64,000 nt of DNA from the human T2T-CHM13v2.0 reference genome, Homo sapiens (GCF_009914755.1 NC_060937.1), one strand, 5' to 3'. Shown: positions 13,901 through 29,950, counted from the stretch's first letter. Program-made: numbers and translations. Notes: generated by a model not told the origin, from the letters alone.

Positions 13901-16900
13901 ATCAAATATAGATTATATACTGTACATAAAATACCAAAGTACCCCAAATATATATTTTATACTGTACATGAAATATCAAAGTTCTCAAACTATATATTAT
14001 ATACTGCACATAAAATATCAAAGTACCCAAGGTATATATTCCATACTGTACAAAAAATATCAAAGTACCCAAAGCGTATATTATATGCTGTACATAAAAT
14101 ATGAAAGTACATCAAATATATATTTTATTCTGTACATAAAATATCAAAGTACACCAAATATATATTCTATACTGTACATAAAATATCAAGGTACCCAAAC
14201 TATACATTATATACTGTACATAAAATATGAAATTACATCAAATATATATTATATTAGGTACATAAAATATGAAAGTACATCAAATATAGATTATATACTG
14301 TACATAAAATATCAAAGTACCCAAATATATATCATATACTGTACATGAAATATCAAAGTTCACAAACTATATATTATATACTGTACATAAAATATCAAAG
14401 TACCCAAACTATACATTATATACTGTACATAAAATATGAAATTACATCAAATATATATTTTATTAGGTATGTAAAATATGAAAGTACATCAAATATAGAT
14501 TATATACTGTACATAAAATACCAAAGTACCCCAAATATATATTTTATACTGTACATGAAATATCAAAGTTCTCAAACTATATATTATATACTGCACATAA
14601 AATATCAAAGTACCCAAGCTATATATTCCATACTGTACAAAAAATATCAAAGTACCCAAAGCATATATTATATGCTGTACATAAAATATGAAAGTACATC
14701 AAGTATATATTTTATTCTGTACATAAAATATCAAAGTACACCAAGTATATATTCTATACTGTACATAAAATATCAAGGTACCCAAACTATACATTATATA
14801 CTGTATATAAGATATGAAATTACATCAAATATATATTATATTATGTACGTAAAATATGAAAGTACATCAAATATAGCTTATATACTGTACATAAAATATC
14901 AAAGTACCCAAATATATATCATATACTGTACATGAAATATCAAAGTTCACACACTATATATTATATACTGTACATAAAATATCAAAGTACCCAAACTATA
15001 CATTATATACTGTACATAAAATATGAAATTACATCAAATATATATTTTATTAGGTATGTAAAATATGAAAGTACATCAAATATAGATTATATACTGTACA
15101 TAAAATACCAAAGTACCCCAAATATATATTTTATACTGTACATGAAATATCAAAGTTCTCAAACTATATATTATATACTGCACATAAAATATCAAAGTAC
15201 CCAAGGTATATATTCCATACTGTACAAAAAATATCAAAGTACCCAAAGCATATATTATATGCTGTACATAAAATATGAAAGTACATCAAGTATATATTTT
15301 ATTCTGTACATAAAATATCAAAGTACACCAAGTATATATTCTATACTGTACATAAAATATCAAGGTACCCAAACTATACATTATATACTGTATATAAGAT
15401 ATGAAATTACATCAAATATATATTATATTATGTACGTAAAATATGAAAGTACATCAAATATAGCTTATATACTGTACATAAAATATCAAAGTACCCAAAT
15501 ATATATCATATACTGTACATGAAATATCAAAGTTCACACACTATATATTATATACTGTACATAAAATATCAAAGTACCCAAACTATACATTATATACTGT
15601 ACATAAAATATGAAATTACATCAAATATATATTTTATTAGGTATGTAAAATATGAAAGTACATCAAATATAGATTATATACTGTACATAAAATACCAAAG
15701 TACCCCAAATATATATTTTATACTGTACATGAAATATCAAAGTTCTCAAACTATATATTATATACTGCACATAAAATATCAAAGTACCCAAGGTATATAT
15801 TCCATACTGTACAAAAAATATCAAAGTACCCAAAGCATATATTATATGCTGTACATAAAATATGAAAGTAAATGAAATATATATTTTATTCTCTACATAA
15901 AATATCAAAGTACACCAAATATATATTCTATACTGTACATAAAATGTCAAGTTACCCAAAGTATACATTATATACTGTACATAAAATATGAAATTACATC
16001 AAATATATATTATATTAGGTACATAAAATATGAAAGTACATCAAATATAGATTATATACTGTACATAAAATATCAAAGTACCCAAATATATATCATATAC
16101 TGTACATGAAATATCAAAGTTCACAAACTATATATTATATACTGTACATAAAATATCAAAGTACCCAAACTATACATTACATACTGTACATAAAATATGA
16201 AATTACATCAAATATATATTTTATTAGGTATGTAAAATATGAAAGTACATCAAATATAGATTATATACTGTACATAAAATACCAAAGTACCACAAATATA
16301 TATTTTATACTGTACATGAAATATCAAAGTTCTCAAACTCTATATTATATACTGCACATAAAATATCAAAGTACCCAAGGTATATATTCCATACTGTACA
16401 AAAAATATCAAAGTACCCAAAGAATATATTATATGCTGTACATAAAATATGAAAGTACATGAAATATATATTTTATTCTATACATAAAATATCAAAGTAC
16501 ACCAAATATATATTCTATACTGTACATAAAATATCAAGGTACCCAAACTATACATTATATACTGTACATAAAATATGAAATTACATCAAATATATATTAT
16601 ATTAGGTACATAAAATATGAAAGTACATCAAATATAGATTCTATACTGTACATAAAATATCAAAGTACCCAAATATATATCATATACTGTACATGAAATA
16701 TCAAAGTTCACAAACTATATATTATATACCGTACATAAAATATCAAAGTACCAAAACTATACATTATATTCTGTACTTAAAATATGAAATTACATCAAAT
16801 ATATTTTATTAGGTACGTAAAATATGAAAGTACATCAAATATAGATTATATACTGTACACAAAATACAAAAGTACCCCAAATATATATTTAATACTGTAC

Positions 16901-19900
16901 ATGAAATATCAAAGTTCACAAACTATATATTATATACCGTACATAAAATATCAAAGTACCCAAACTATACATTATATACTGTACATAAAATATGAAATTA
17001 CATCAAATATATATTATATTAGGTATGTAAAATATGAAAGTACATCAAATATAGATTATATACTGTACATAAAATACCAAAGTACCCCAAATATATATTT
17101 AATACTGTACATGAAATATCAAAGTTCTCAAACTATATATTATATACTGCACATAAAATATCAAAGTACCCAAGGTATATATTCCATACTGTACAAAAAA
17201 TATCAAAGTACCCAAAGCATATATTATATGCTGTACATAAAATATGAAAGTACATCAAATATATATTTTATTCTGTACATAAAATATCAAAGTACACCAA
17301 ATATATATTCTATACTTTACATAAAATATCAAGGTACCCAAACTATACATTATATACTGTACATAAAATATGAAATTACATCAAATATATATTATATTAG
17401 GTACATAAAATATGAAAGTACATCAAATATAGATTATATACTGTACATAAAATATCAAACTACCCAAATATATATCATATACTGTACATGAAATATCAAC
17501 GTACCCAAACTATACATTATATACTGTACATAAAATATGAAATTACATCAAATATATATTATATTAGGTACATAAAATATGAAACTACATCAAATATAGA
17601 TTATATACTGTACATAAAATATCAAAGTACCCAAATATATATCATATACTGTACATGAAATATCAAAGTTCACACACTATATATTATATACTGTACATAA
17701 AATGTCAAGTTACCCAAAGTATACATTATATACTGTACATAAAATATGAAATTACATCAAATATATATTATATTAGGTACATAAAATATGAAAGTACATC
17801 AAATATAGATTATATACTGTACATAAAATATCAAAGTACCCAAATATATATCATATACTGTACATGAAATATCAAAGTTCACAAACTATATATTATATAC
17901 TGTACATAAAATATCAAAGTACCCAAACTATACATTATATACTGTACATAAAATATGAAATTACATCAAATATATATTTTATTAGGTATGTAAAATATGA
18001 ACGTACATCAAATATAGATTATATACTGTACATAAAATACCAAAGTACCCCAAAAATATATTTTATACTGTACATGAAATATCAAAGTTCTCAAACTATA
18101 TATTATATACTGCACATAAAATATCAAAGTACCCAAGCTATATATTCCATACTGTACAAAAAATATCAAAGTACCCAAAGCATATATTATATGCTGTACA
18201 TAAAATATGAAAGTACATCAAATATATATTTTATTCTGTACATAAAATATCAAAGTGCACCAAATATATATTCTATACTGTACATAAAATATCAAGGTAC
18301 CCAAACTATACATTATATACTGTACATAAAATATGAAATTACATCAAATATATATTATATTAGGTACATAAAATATGAAAGTACATCAAATATAGATTAT
18401 ATACTGTACATAAAATATCAAAGTACCCAAATATATATCATATACTGTACATGAAATATCAAAGTTCACAAACTATATATTATATACTGTACATAAAATA
18501 TCAAAGTACCCAAAGTATACATTATATACTGTACATAAAATATGAAATTACATCAAATATATATTATATTAGGTATGTAAAATATGAAAGTACATCAAAT
18601 ATAGATTATATACTGTACATAAAATACCAAAGTACCCCAAATATATATTTTATACTGTACATGAAATATCAAAGTTCTCAAAATATATATTATATACTGC
18701 ACATAAAATATCAAAGTACCCAAGGTATATATTCCATACTGTACAAAAAATATCAAAGTACCCAAAGCATATATTATATGCTGTACATAAAATATGAAAG
18801 TACATCAAATATATATTTTATTCTGTACATAAAATATCAAAGTACACCAAATACATATTCTAAACTGCACATAAAATATAAAGGTACTCAAACTATACAT
18901 TATATACTGTACATAAAATATGAAATTACATCAAATATATATTATATTAGGTACATAAAATATGAAAGTACATCAAATATAGATTATATACTGTACATAA
19001 AATATCAAAGTACCCAAATATATATCATATACTGTACATGAAATATCAGTTCACAAACTATATATTATATACCGTACATAAAATATAAAAGTACCCAAAC
19101 TATACATTATATACTGTACATAAAATATGAAATTACATCAAATATATATTTTATTAGGTATGTAAAATATGAAAGTACATCAAATATAGATTATATACTG
19201 TACATAAAATACCAAAGTACCCCAAATATATATTTTATACTGTACATGAAATATCAAAGTTCTCAAACTATATATTATATACTGCACATAAAATATCAAC
19301 GTACCCAAGGTATATATTCCATACTGTACAAAAAATATCAAAGTACCCAAAGCATATATTATATTCTGTACATAAAATATGAAAGTACATCAAATATATA
19401 TTTTATTCTGTACATAAAATTTCAAAGTACACCAAATATATATTCTATACTGTACATAAAATATCAAGGTACCCAAACTATACATTATATACTGTACATA
19501 AAATATGAAATTACATCAAATATATATTATATTAGGTACATAAAATATGAAAGTACATCAAATATAGATTATATACTGTACATAAAATATCAAAGTACCC
19601 AAATATATATCATATACTGTACATGAAATATCAAAGTTCACAAACTATATATTATATACTGTACATAAAATATCAAAGTACCCAAACTATACATTATATA
19701 CTGTACATAAAATATGAAATTACATCAAATATATATTTTATTAGGTATGTAAAATATGAAAGTACATCAAATATAGATTATATACTGTACATAAAATACC
19801 AAACTACCCCAAATATATATTTTATACTGTACATGAAATATCAAAGTTCTCAAACTATATATTATATACTGCACATAAAATATCAAAGTACCCAAGGTAT

Positions 19901-22900
19901 ATATTCCATACTGTACAAAAATTATCAAAGTACCCAAAGCATATATTATATGCTGTACATAAAATATGAAAGTACATCAAATATATATTTTATACTGTAC
20001 ATAAAATATCAAAGTACACCAAATATATATTCTATACTGTACATAAAATATCAAGGTACCCAAACTATACATTATATACTGTACATAATATATGAAATTA
20101 CATCAAATATATATTATATTAGGTACATAAAATATGAAAGTACATCAAATATAGATTATATACTGTACATAAAATATCAAAGTACCCAAATATATATCAT
20201 ATACTGTACATGAAATATCAAAGTTCACAAACTATATATTATATACTGTACATAAAATATCAAAGTACCCAAACTATACATTATATACTGTACATAAAAT
20301 CTGAAATTACATCAAATATATATTATATTAGGTATGTAAAATATGAAAGTACATCAAATATAGATTGTATACTGTACATAAAATACCAAAGTACCCCAAA
20401 TATATATTTTATACTGTACATGAAATATCAAAGTTCTCAAACTATATATTATATACTGCACATAAAATATCAAAGTACCCAAGCTATATATTCCATACTG
20501 TACAAAAAATATCAAAGTACCCAAAGCATATATTATATGCTGTACATAAAATATGAAAGTACATCAAATATATATTTTATTCTGTACATAAAATATCAAA
20601 GTACACCAAATATATATTCTATACTGTACATAAAATATCAACGTACCCAAACTATACATTTTATACTGTACATAAAATATGAAATTACATCAAATATATA
20701 TTATATTAGGTACATAAAATATGAAAGTACATCAAATATAGATTATACACTGTACATAAAATATCAAAGTACCCAAATATATATCATATACTGTACATGA
20801 AATATCAAAGTTCACAAACTATATATTATATACTGTACATAAAATATCAAAGTACCCAAACTATACATTATATACTGTACATAAAAGATGAAATTACATC
20901 AAATATATATTATATTAGGTATGTAAAATATGAGAGTACATCAAATATAGATTATATACTGTACATAAAATACCAAAGTACCCCAAATATATATTTTATA
21001 CTGTACATGAAATATCAAAGTTCTCAAACTATATATTATATACTGCACATAAAATATCAAAGTACCCAAGGTATATATTCCATACTGTACAAAAAATATC
21101 AAAGTACCCAAAGCATATATTATATGCTGTACATAAAATATGAAAGTACATCAAATATATATTTTATTCTGTACATAAAATATCAAAGTACACCAAATAT
21201 ATATTCTATACTGTACATAAAATATCAAGGTACCCAAACTATACATTATATACTGTACATAAAATATGAAATTACATCAAATATATATTATATTAGGTAC
21301 ATAAAATATGAAAGTACATCAAATATAGATTATATACTGTACATAAAATATCAAAGTACCCAAATATATATCATATACTGTACATGAAATATCAAAGTTC
21401 ACAAACTATATATTATATACTGTACATAAAATATCAAAGTACCCAAACTATACATTATATACTGTACATAAAATATGAAATTACATCAAATATATATTTT
21501 ATTAGGTATGTAAAATATGAAAGTACATCAAATATAGATTATATACTGTACATAAAATACCAAAGTACCCCAAATATATATTTTATACTGTACATGAAAT
21601 ATCAAAGTTCTCAAACTATATATTATATACTGCACATAAAATATCAAAGTACCCAAGGTATATATTCCATACTGTACAAAAAATATCAAAGTACCCAAAG
21701 CATATATTATATGCTGTACATAAAATATGAAAGTACATCAAATATATATTTTATTTTGTACATACAATATCAAAGTACACCAAATATATATTCTATACTG
21801 TACATAAAATATCAAGGTACGCAAACTATACATTATATACTGTACATAAAATATGAAATTACATCAAATATATATTATATTAGGTACATAAAATATGAAA
21901 GTACATCAAATATAGATTCTATACTGTACATAAAATATCAAAGTACCCAAATATATATCATATACTGTACATGAAATATGAAAGTTCACAAACTATATAT
22001 TATATACTGTACATAAAATATCAAAGTACCCAAACTATACATTATATACTGAACATAAAATATGAAATTACATCAAATATATATTATATTAGGTATGTAA
22101 AATATGAAAGTACATCAAATATAGATTATATACTGTACATAAAATACCAAAGTACCCCAAATATATATTTTATACTGTACATGAAATATCAAAGTTCTCA
22201 AACTGTATATTATATAGTGCACATAAAATATCAAAGTACCCAAGGTATATATTCCATACTGTACAAAAAATATCAAAGTACCCAAAGCATATATTATTTG
22301 CTGTACATAAAATATGAAAGTACATCAAATATATATTTTATTCTGTACATAAAATATCAAAGTACACCAAATATATATTCTATACTGTACATAAAATATC
22401 AAGGTACCCAAACTATACATTATATACTGTACAAAAAAAATGAAATTACATCAAATATATATTATATTAGGTACATAAAATATGAAAGTACATCAAATAT
22501 AGATTATATACTGTACATAAAATATCAAAGTACCCAAATATATATCATATACTGTACATGAAATATCAAAGTTCACAAACTATATATTATATACTGTACA
22601 TAAAATATCAAAGTACCCAAACTATACATTATATACTGTACATAAAATATGAAATTACATCAAATATATATTTTATTAGGTATGTAAAATATGAAAGTAC
22701 ATCAAATATAGATTATATACTGTACATAAAATACCAAAGTACCCCAAATATATATTTAATTCTGTACATGAAATATCAAAGTTCTCAAACTGTATATTAT
22801 ATACTGCACATAAAATATCAAAGTACCCAAGGTATATATTCCATACTGTACAAAAAATATCAAAGTACCCAAAGCATATATTATATGCTGTACATAAAAT

Positions 22901-23600
22901 ATGAATGTACATCAAATATATATTTTATTCTGTACATAAAATATCAAAGTACACCAAATATATATTCTATACTGTACATAAAATATCAAGGTACCCAAAC
23001 TATACATTATATACTGTACATAAAAAACGAAATTACATCAAATATATATTATATTAGGTACATAAAATATGAAAGTACATCAAATATAGATTATATACTG
23101 TACATAAAATATCAAAGTACCCAAATATATATCATATACTGTACATGAAATATGAAAGTTCACAAACTATATATTATATACTGTACATAAAATATCAAAG
23201 TACCCAAACTATACATTATATACTGAACATAAAATATGAAATTACATCAAATATATATTATATTAGGTATGTAAAATATGAAAGTACATCAAATATAGAT
23301 TATATACTGTACATAAAATACCAAAGTACCCCAAATATATATTTTATACTGTACATGAAATATCGAAGTTCTCAAACTATATATTATATACTGCACCTAA
23401 AATATCAAAGTACCCAAGGTATATATTCCATACTGTACAAAAAATATCAAAGTACCCAAAGCATATATTATATGCTGTACATAAAATATGAAAGTACATG
23501 AAATATATATTTTATTCTCTACATAAAATATCAAAGTACACCAAATATATATTCTATACTGTACATAAAATATCAAGGTACCCAAACTATACCTTATATA
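4956..23600 (+). repeat. 587-bp 14-monomer HOR domain (A-F-G-H-I-A'-B-C-D-E-F'-G-H-J), about 32 unit-equivalents
   Basis: ORF starts at 4958, 5545, 6132, 6719, 7306, 7893 and on to 21384, 21971, 22558, 23145 are spaced 587 bp apart (13x42+41). The J monomer is 41 bp (e.g. 5502-5542). Confidence 0.93.
7304..21381 (+). repeat. 7039-bp tandem duplication (2 copies, junction near 14343)
   Basis: Constant 7039 offset for ORF pairs 7893/14932, 9067/16106, 9745/16784, 10616/17655, 10825/17864, 12207/19246, 13171/20210 and 13758/20797, with shared private variants. Confidence 0.93.
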
Positions 23601-25680
23601 CTGTACATAAAATATGAAATTATATCAAATATATATTATATTAGGTACATAAAATATGAAAGTACATCAAATATAGATTATATACTGTACATAAAATACC
23701 AAAGTACCCCAAATATATATTTTATACTGTACATGAAATATCAAAGTACACAAACTATATATTATATACTGTACATAAAATATCAAAGTACCCAAGGTAT
23801 ATATTCTATACTGTACAAAAAATATCAAAGTACCCAAACATGTATTATATACTGTACACGAAATATGAAAGTACATCAAATATATATTTTATTCTGTACA
23901 TAAAATATCAAAGTACACCAAATATATATTCTATAGTGTACATAAAATATCAAAGTACCCAAACTATACCTTATATACTGTACATGAAATATGAAATTAC
24001 ATCAAATATATATTATATTAGGTACATAAAATATGAAAGTACATCAAATATAGATTATATACTGTACATAAAATACCAAAGTACCCCAAATATATATTTT
24101 ATACTGTACATGAAATATCAAAGTTCACAAACTATATATTATATACTGTATGTAAAATATCAAAGTACCCAAGGTATATATTCTATACTGTACAAAAAAT
24201 ATCAAAGTACCCAAAGCATGTATTATATACTGTACATAAAATATGAAAGTACATCAAATATATATTTAATTCTGTACATAAAATATCAAAGTACACCAAA
24301 TATATATTCTATAGTGTACATAAAATATCAAAGTACCCAAACTATACATTATATACTGTACATAAAATATGAAATTACATCAAATATATATTACATTAGG
24401 TACATAAAATATGAAAGTACATCAAATATAGATTATATACTGTACATAAAATACCAAAGTAACCCAAATACATATTATATACTGTACATGCAATATCAAA
24501 GTTCACAAACTATATATTATATACTGTACATAAAATATCAAAGTACTCAAGTTATATATTCTATACTGTACAAAAAATATCAAAGTACCCAAAGCATGTA
24601 TTATATACTGTACATAAAATATGAAAGTACATGAAATATATATTTTATTCTGTACATAAAATATCAAAGTACACCAAATATATATTCTATACTGTACATA
24701 AAATATCAAAGTACCCAAACTATACCTTATATACTGTACATAAAATATGAAATTACATCAAATATATATTATATTAGGTACATAAAATATGAAAGTACAT
24801 CAAATATAGATTATATACTGTACATAAAATACCAAAGTACCCCAAATATATATTTTATACTGTACATGAAATATCAAAGTACACAAACTATATATTATAT
24901 ACTGTACATAAAATATCAAAGTACCCAAGGTATATATTCTATACTGTACAAAAAATATCAAAGTACCCAAACATGTATTATATACTGTACATGAAATATG
25001 AAAGTACATCAAATATATATTTTATTCTGTACATAAAATATCAAAGTACACCAAATATATATTCTATAGTGTACATAAAATATCAAAGTACCCAAACTAT
25101 ACCTTATATACTGTACATGAAATATGAAATTACATCAAATATATATTATATTAGGTACATAAAATATGAAAGTACATCAAATATAGATTATATACTGTAC
25201 ATAAAATACCAAAGTACCCCAAATATATATTTTATACTGTACATGAAATATCAAAGTTCACAAACTATATATTATATACTGTATATAAAATATCAAAGTA
25301 CCCAAGGTATATATTCTATACTGTACAAAAAATATCAAAGTACCCAAAGCATGTATTATATACTGTACATAAAATATGAAAGTACATCAAATATATGTTT
25401 AATTCTGTACATAAAATATCAAAGTACACCAAATATATATTCTATAGTGTACATAAAATATCAAAGTACCCAAACTATACATTATATACTGTACATAAAA
25501 TATGAAATTACATCAAATATATATTACATTAGGTACATAAAATATGAAAGTACATCAAATATAGATTATATACTGTACATAAAATACCAAAGTAACCCAA
25601 ATACATATTATATACTGTACATGCAATATCAAAGTTCACAAACTATATATTATATACTGTACATAAAATATCAAAGTACC
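23590..25680 (+). repeat. 1133-bp (377+378+378) tandem duplication, about 1.85 copies
   Basis: ORF pairs 23840/24973 and 23667/24800. Shared variants 'ttaattctg', 'ttacattagg', 'agtaaccc' and 'atgcaatat' at offset 1133. Confidence 0.85.
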
Positions 25681-28600
25681 CAAGGTACATATTCTATACT
25701 CTACAAAAAATATCAAAGTACGCAAAGCATGTATTATATACTGTACATAAAATATGAAAGTACATCAAATATATATTTTATTCTGTACATAAGATATCAA
25801 AGTACACCAAATATATATTCTATAGTGTACATAAAATATCAAAGTACCCAAACTATACATTATATCCTGTACATAAAATATGAAATTACATCAAATATAT
25901 ATTATAATAGGTACATAAAATATGAAAGTACATCAAATATAAATTATATACTGTACATAAAATACCAAAGAACCCCAAATATATATTATATACTGTACAT
26001 GAAATATCAAAGTTCACAAACTATATATTATATACTGTATATAAAATATCAAAGTACCCAAGGTATATATTCTATACTGTACAAAAAATATCAAAGTACC
26101 CAAAGCATGTATTATATACTGTTCATAAAATATGAAAGTACATCAAATATATATTTTATTCTGTACATAAAATATCAAAGTACACCAAATATATATTCTA
26201 TAGTGTACATTAAATATCAAAGTACCCAAACTATACATTATATACTGTACATAAAATATGAAATTACATCAAATATATATTATATTAGGTACATAAAATA
26301 TGAAAGTACATCAAATATAGATTATATACTGTACATAAAATACCAAAGTACCCCAAATACATATTATATACTGTACATGAAATATCAAAGTTCACAAACT
26401 ATATATTATATACTGTACATAAAATATCAAAGTACCAAAAGTATATATTCTATACTGTACAAAAAATATCAAAGTACCCAAAGCATGTATTATATACTGT
26501 ACATAAAATATGAAAGTACATCAAATATATATTTTATTCTGTACATAAAATATCAAAGTACACCAAATATATATTCTATAGTGTACATAAAATATCAAAG
26601 TACCCAAACTATACATTATATACTGTACATAAAATATGAAATTACATCAAATATATATTATATTAGGTACATAAAATATGAAAGTACATCAAATATATAT
26701 TATATACTCTACATAAAATACCAAAGTACCCCAAATACATATTATATACTGTACATGCAATATCAAAGTTCACACACTATATATTATATACTGTCCATAA
26801 AATATCAAAGTACCGAAGCTATATATTCTATACTGTACAAAAAATATCAAAGTACCCAAAGCATGTATTATATACTGTACATAAAATATGAAAGTACATC
26901 AAATATATATTTAATTCTGTACATAAAATATCAAAGTACACCAAATATATATTCTATAGTGTACATAAAATATCAAAGTACCCAAACTATACATTATATA
27001 CTCTACATAAAATATGAAATTACATCAAATATATATTATGTTATGTACAGAAAATATGAAAATACATCAAATATAGGTTATATGCTGTACATAAAATACC
27101 AAAGTACCCCAAATATATATTTTATACTGTACATGAAATATCAAAGTTCACAAACTATATATTATATACTGTACATAAAATATCAAAGTACTCAAGTTAT
27201 ATATTCTATACTGTACAAAAATATCAAAGTACCCAAAGCATGTATTATATACTGTACATAAAATATGAAAGTACATGAAATATATATTTTATTCTGTACA
27301 TAAAATATCAAAGTACACCAAATATATATTCTATAGTGTACATAAAATATCAAAGTACCCAAACTATACATTATATACTGTACATAAAATATGAAATTTC
27401 ATCAAATATATATTATGTTATGTACAGAAAATATGAAAATACATCAAATATAGATTATATACTGTACATAAAATACCAAAGTACCCCAAATATATATTTT
27501 ATACTGTACAAGAAATATCAAAGTTCACAAACTATATATTATATACTGTACATAAAATATCAAAGTACTCAAGTTATATATTCTATACTGTACAAAAAAT
27601 ATCAAAGTACCCAAAGCATGTATTATATACTGTACATAAAATATGAAAGTACATGAAATATATATTTTATTCTGTACATAAAATATCAAAGTACACCAAA
27701 TATATATTCTATAGTGTACATAAAATATCAAAGTACCCAAACTATACCTTATATACTGTACATAAAATATGAAATTACATCAAATATATATTAGATTAGG
27801 TACATAAAATATGAAAGTACATCAAATATAGATTATATACTGTACATAAAATACCAAAGTACCCCAAATATATATTTTATACTGTACATGAAATATCAAA
27901 GTTCACAAACTATATATTATATACTGTACATAAAATATCAAAGTACCCAAGGTATATATTGTATACTGTACAAAAAATATCAAAGTACCCAAACATGTAT
28001 TATATACTGTACATGAAATATGAAAGTACATCAAATATATATTTTATTCTGTACATAAAATATCAAAGTACACCAAATATATATTCTATAGTGTACATAA
28101 AATATCAAAGTACCCAAACTATACCTTATATACTGTACATAAAATATGAAATTACATCAAATATATATTATATTATGTACAGAAAATATGAAAGTACATC
28201 AAATATATATTATATACTGTACATAAAATATCAAAGTACCCAAGGTATATATTCTATACTGTACATGAAATATCAAAGTTCACAAACTATATATTATATA
28301 CTGTACATAAAATATCAAAGTACCCAAGGTATATATTCTATACTGTACAAAAAATATCAAAGTACCCAAACATGTATTATATACTGTACATGAAATATGA
28401 AAGTACATCAAATATATATTTTATTCTGTACATAAAATATCAAAGTACACCAAATATATATTCTATAGTGTACATAAAATATCAAAGTACCCAAACTATA
28501 CCTTATACACTGTACATAAAATATGAAATTACATCAAATATATATTATATTAGGTACATAAAATATGAAAGTACATCAAATATAGATTATATACTGTACA

Positions 28601-29950
28601 TAAAATACCAAAGTACCCCAAATATATATTTTATACTGTACATGAAATATCAAAGTTCACAAACTATATATTATATACTGTACATAAAATATCAAAGTAC
28701 CCAAGGTATATATTCTATACAGTACAAAAAATATCAAAGTACCCAAACATGTATTATAGACTGTACATGAAATATGAAAGTACATCAAATATATATTTTA
28801 TTCTGTACATAAAATATCAAAGTACACCAAATATATATTCTATAGTGTACATAAAATATCAAAGTACCCAAACTATACATTATATACTGTACATAAAATA
28901 TGAAATTACATCAAATATATATTATATTAGGTACATAAAATATGAAAGTACATCAAATATAGATTATATACTGTACATAAAATACCAAAGTACCCCAAAT
29001 ATATATTTTATACTGTACATGCAATATCAAAGTTCACAAACTATATATTATATACTGTACATAAAATATCAAAGTACACATGTTATATATTCTATACTGT
29101 ACAAAAAATATCAAAGTACCCAAAGCATGTATTATATACTGTACATAAAATATGAAAGTACATGAAATATATATTTTATTCTGTACATAAAATATCAAAG
29201 TACACCAAATATATATTCTATAGTGTACATAAAATATCAAATTACCCAAACTATACCTTATATACTGTACATAAAATATGAAATTACATCAAATATATAT
29301 TATATTAGGTACATAAAATATGAAAGTACATCAAATATAGATTATATACTGTACATAAAATACCAAAGTACCCCAAATATATATTTTATACTGTACATGA
29401 AATATCAAAGTTCACAAACTATATATTATATACTGTACATAACATATCAAAGTACCCAAGGTATATATTCTATACTGTACAAAAAATATCAAAGTACCCA
29501 AACATGTATTATATACTGTACATGAAATATGAAAGTACATCAAATATATATTTTATTCTGTATATAAAATATCAAAGTACACCAAATATATATTCTATAG
29601 TGTACATAAAATATCAAAGTACACAAACTATACCTTATATACTGTACATAAAATATGAAATTACATCAAATATATATTATATTAGGTACATAAAATATGA
29701 AAGTACATCAAATATAGATTATATACTGTACATAAAATACCAAAGTACCCCAAATATATATTTTATACTGTACATGAAATATCAAAGTTCACAAACTATA
29801 TATTATATACTGTACATAAAATATCAAAGTACCCAAGGTATATATTCTATACTGTACAAAAAATATCAAAGTACCCAAACATGTATTATATACTGTACAT
29901 GAAATATGAAAGTACATCAAATATATATTTTATTCTGTACAAAAAATATC
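23600..29950 (+). repeat. 377/378-bp 9-mer HOR domain
   Basis: Order returns to A-I. Markers are a 41-bp C monomer 'acccaaacatg' (e.g. 23815-23855), 'ataccttat' in F, 'ataccaa' in I and 'ctatagtg' with 'ccaaat' in E. The 377-bp spacing shows at 28372/28749. Confidence 0.88.

Noticed and set aside
7304-21381. 7039-bp duplication as a pure assembly artefact
   Set aside because: The copies differ at about a dozen dispersed positions and fit a nested duplication history. An artefact is not fully excluded without reads.
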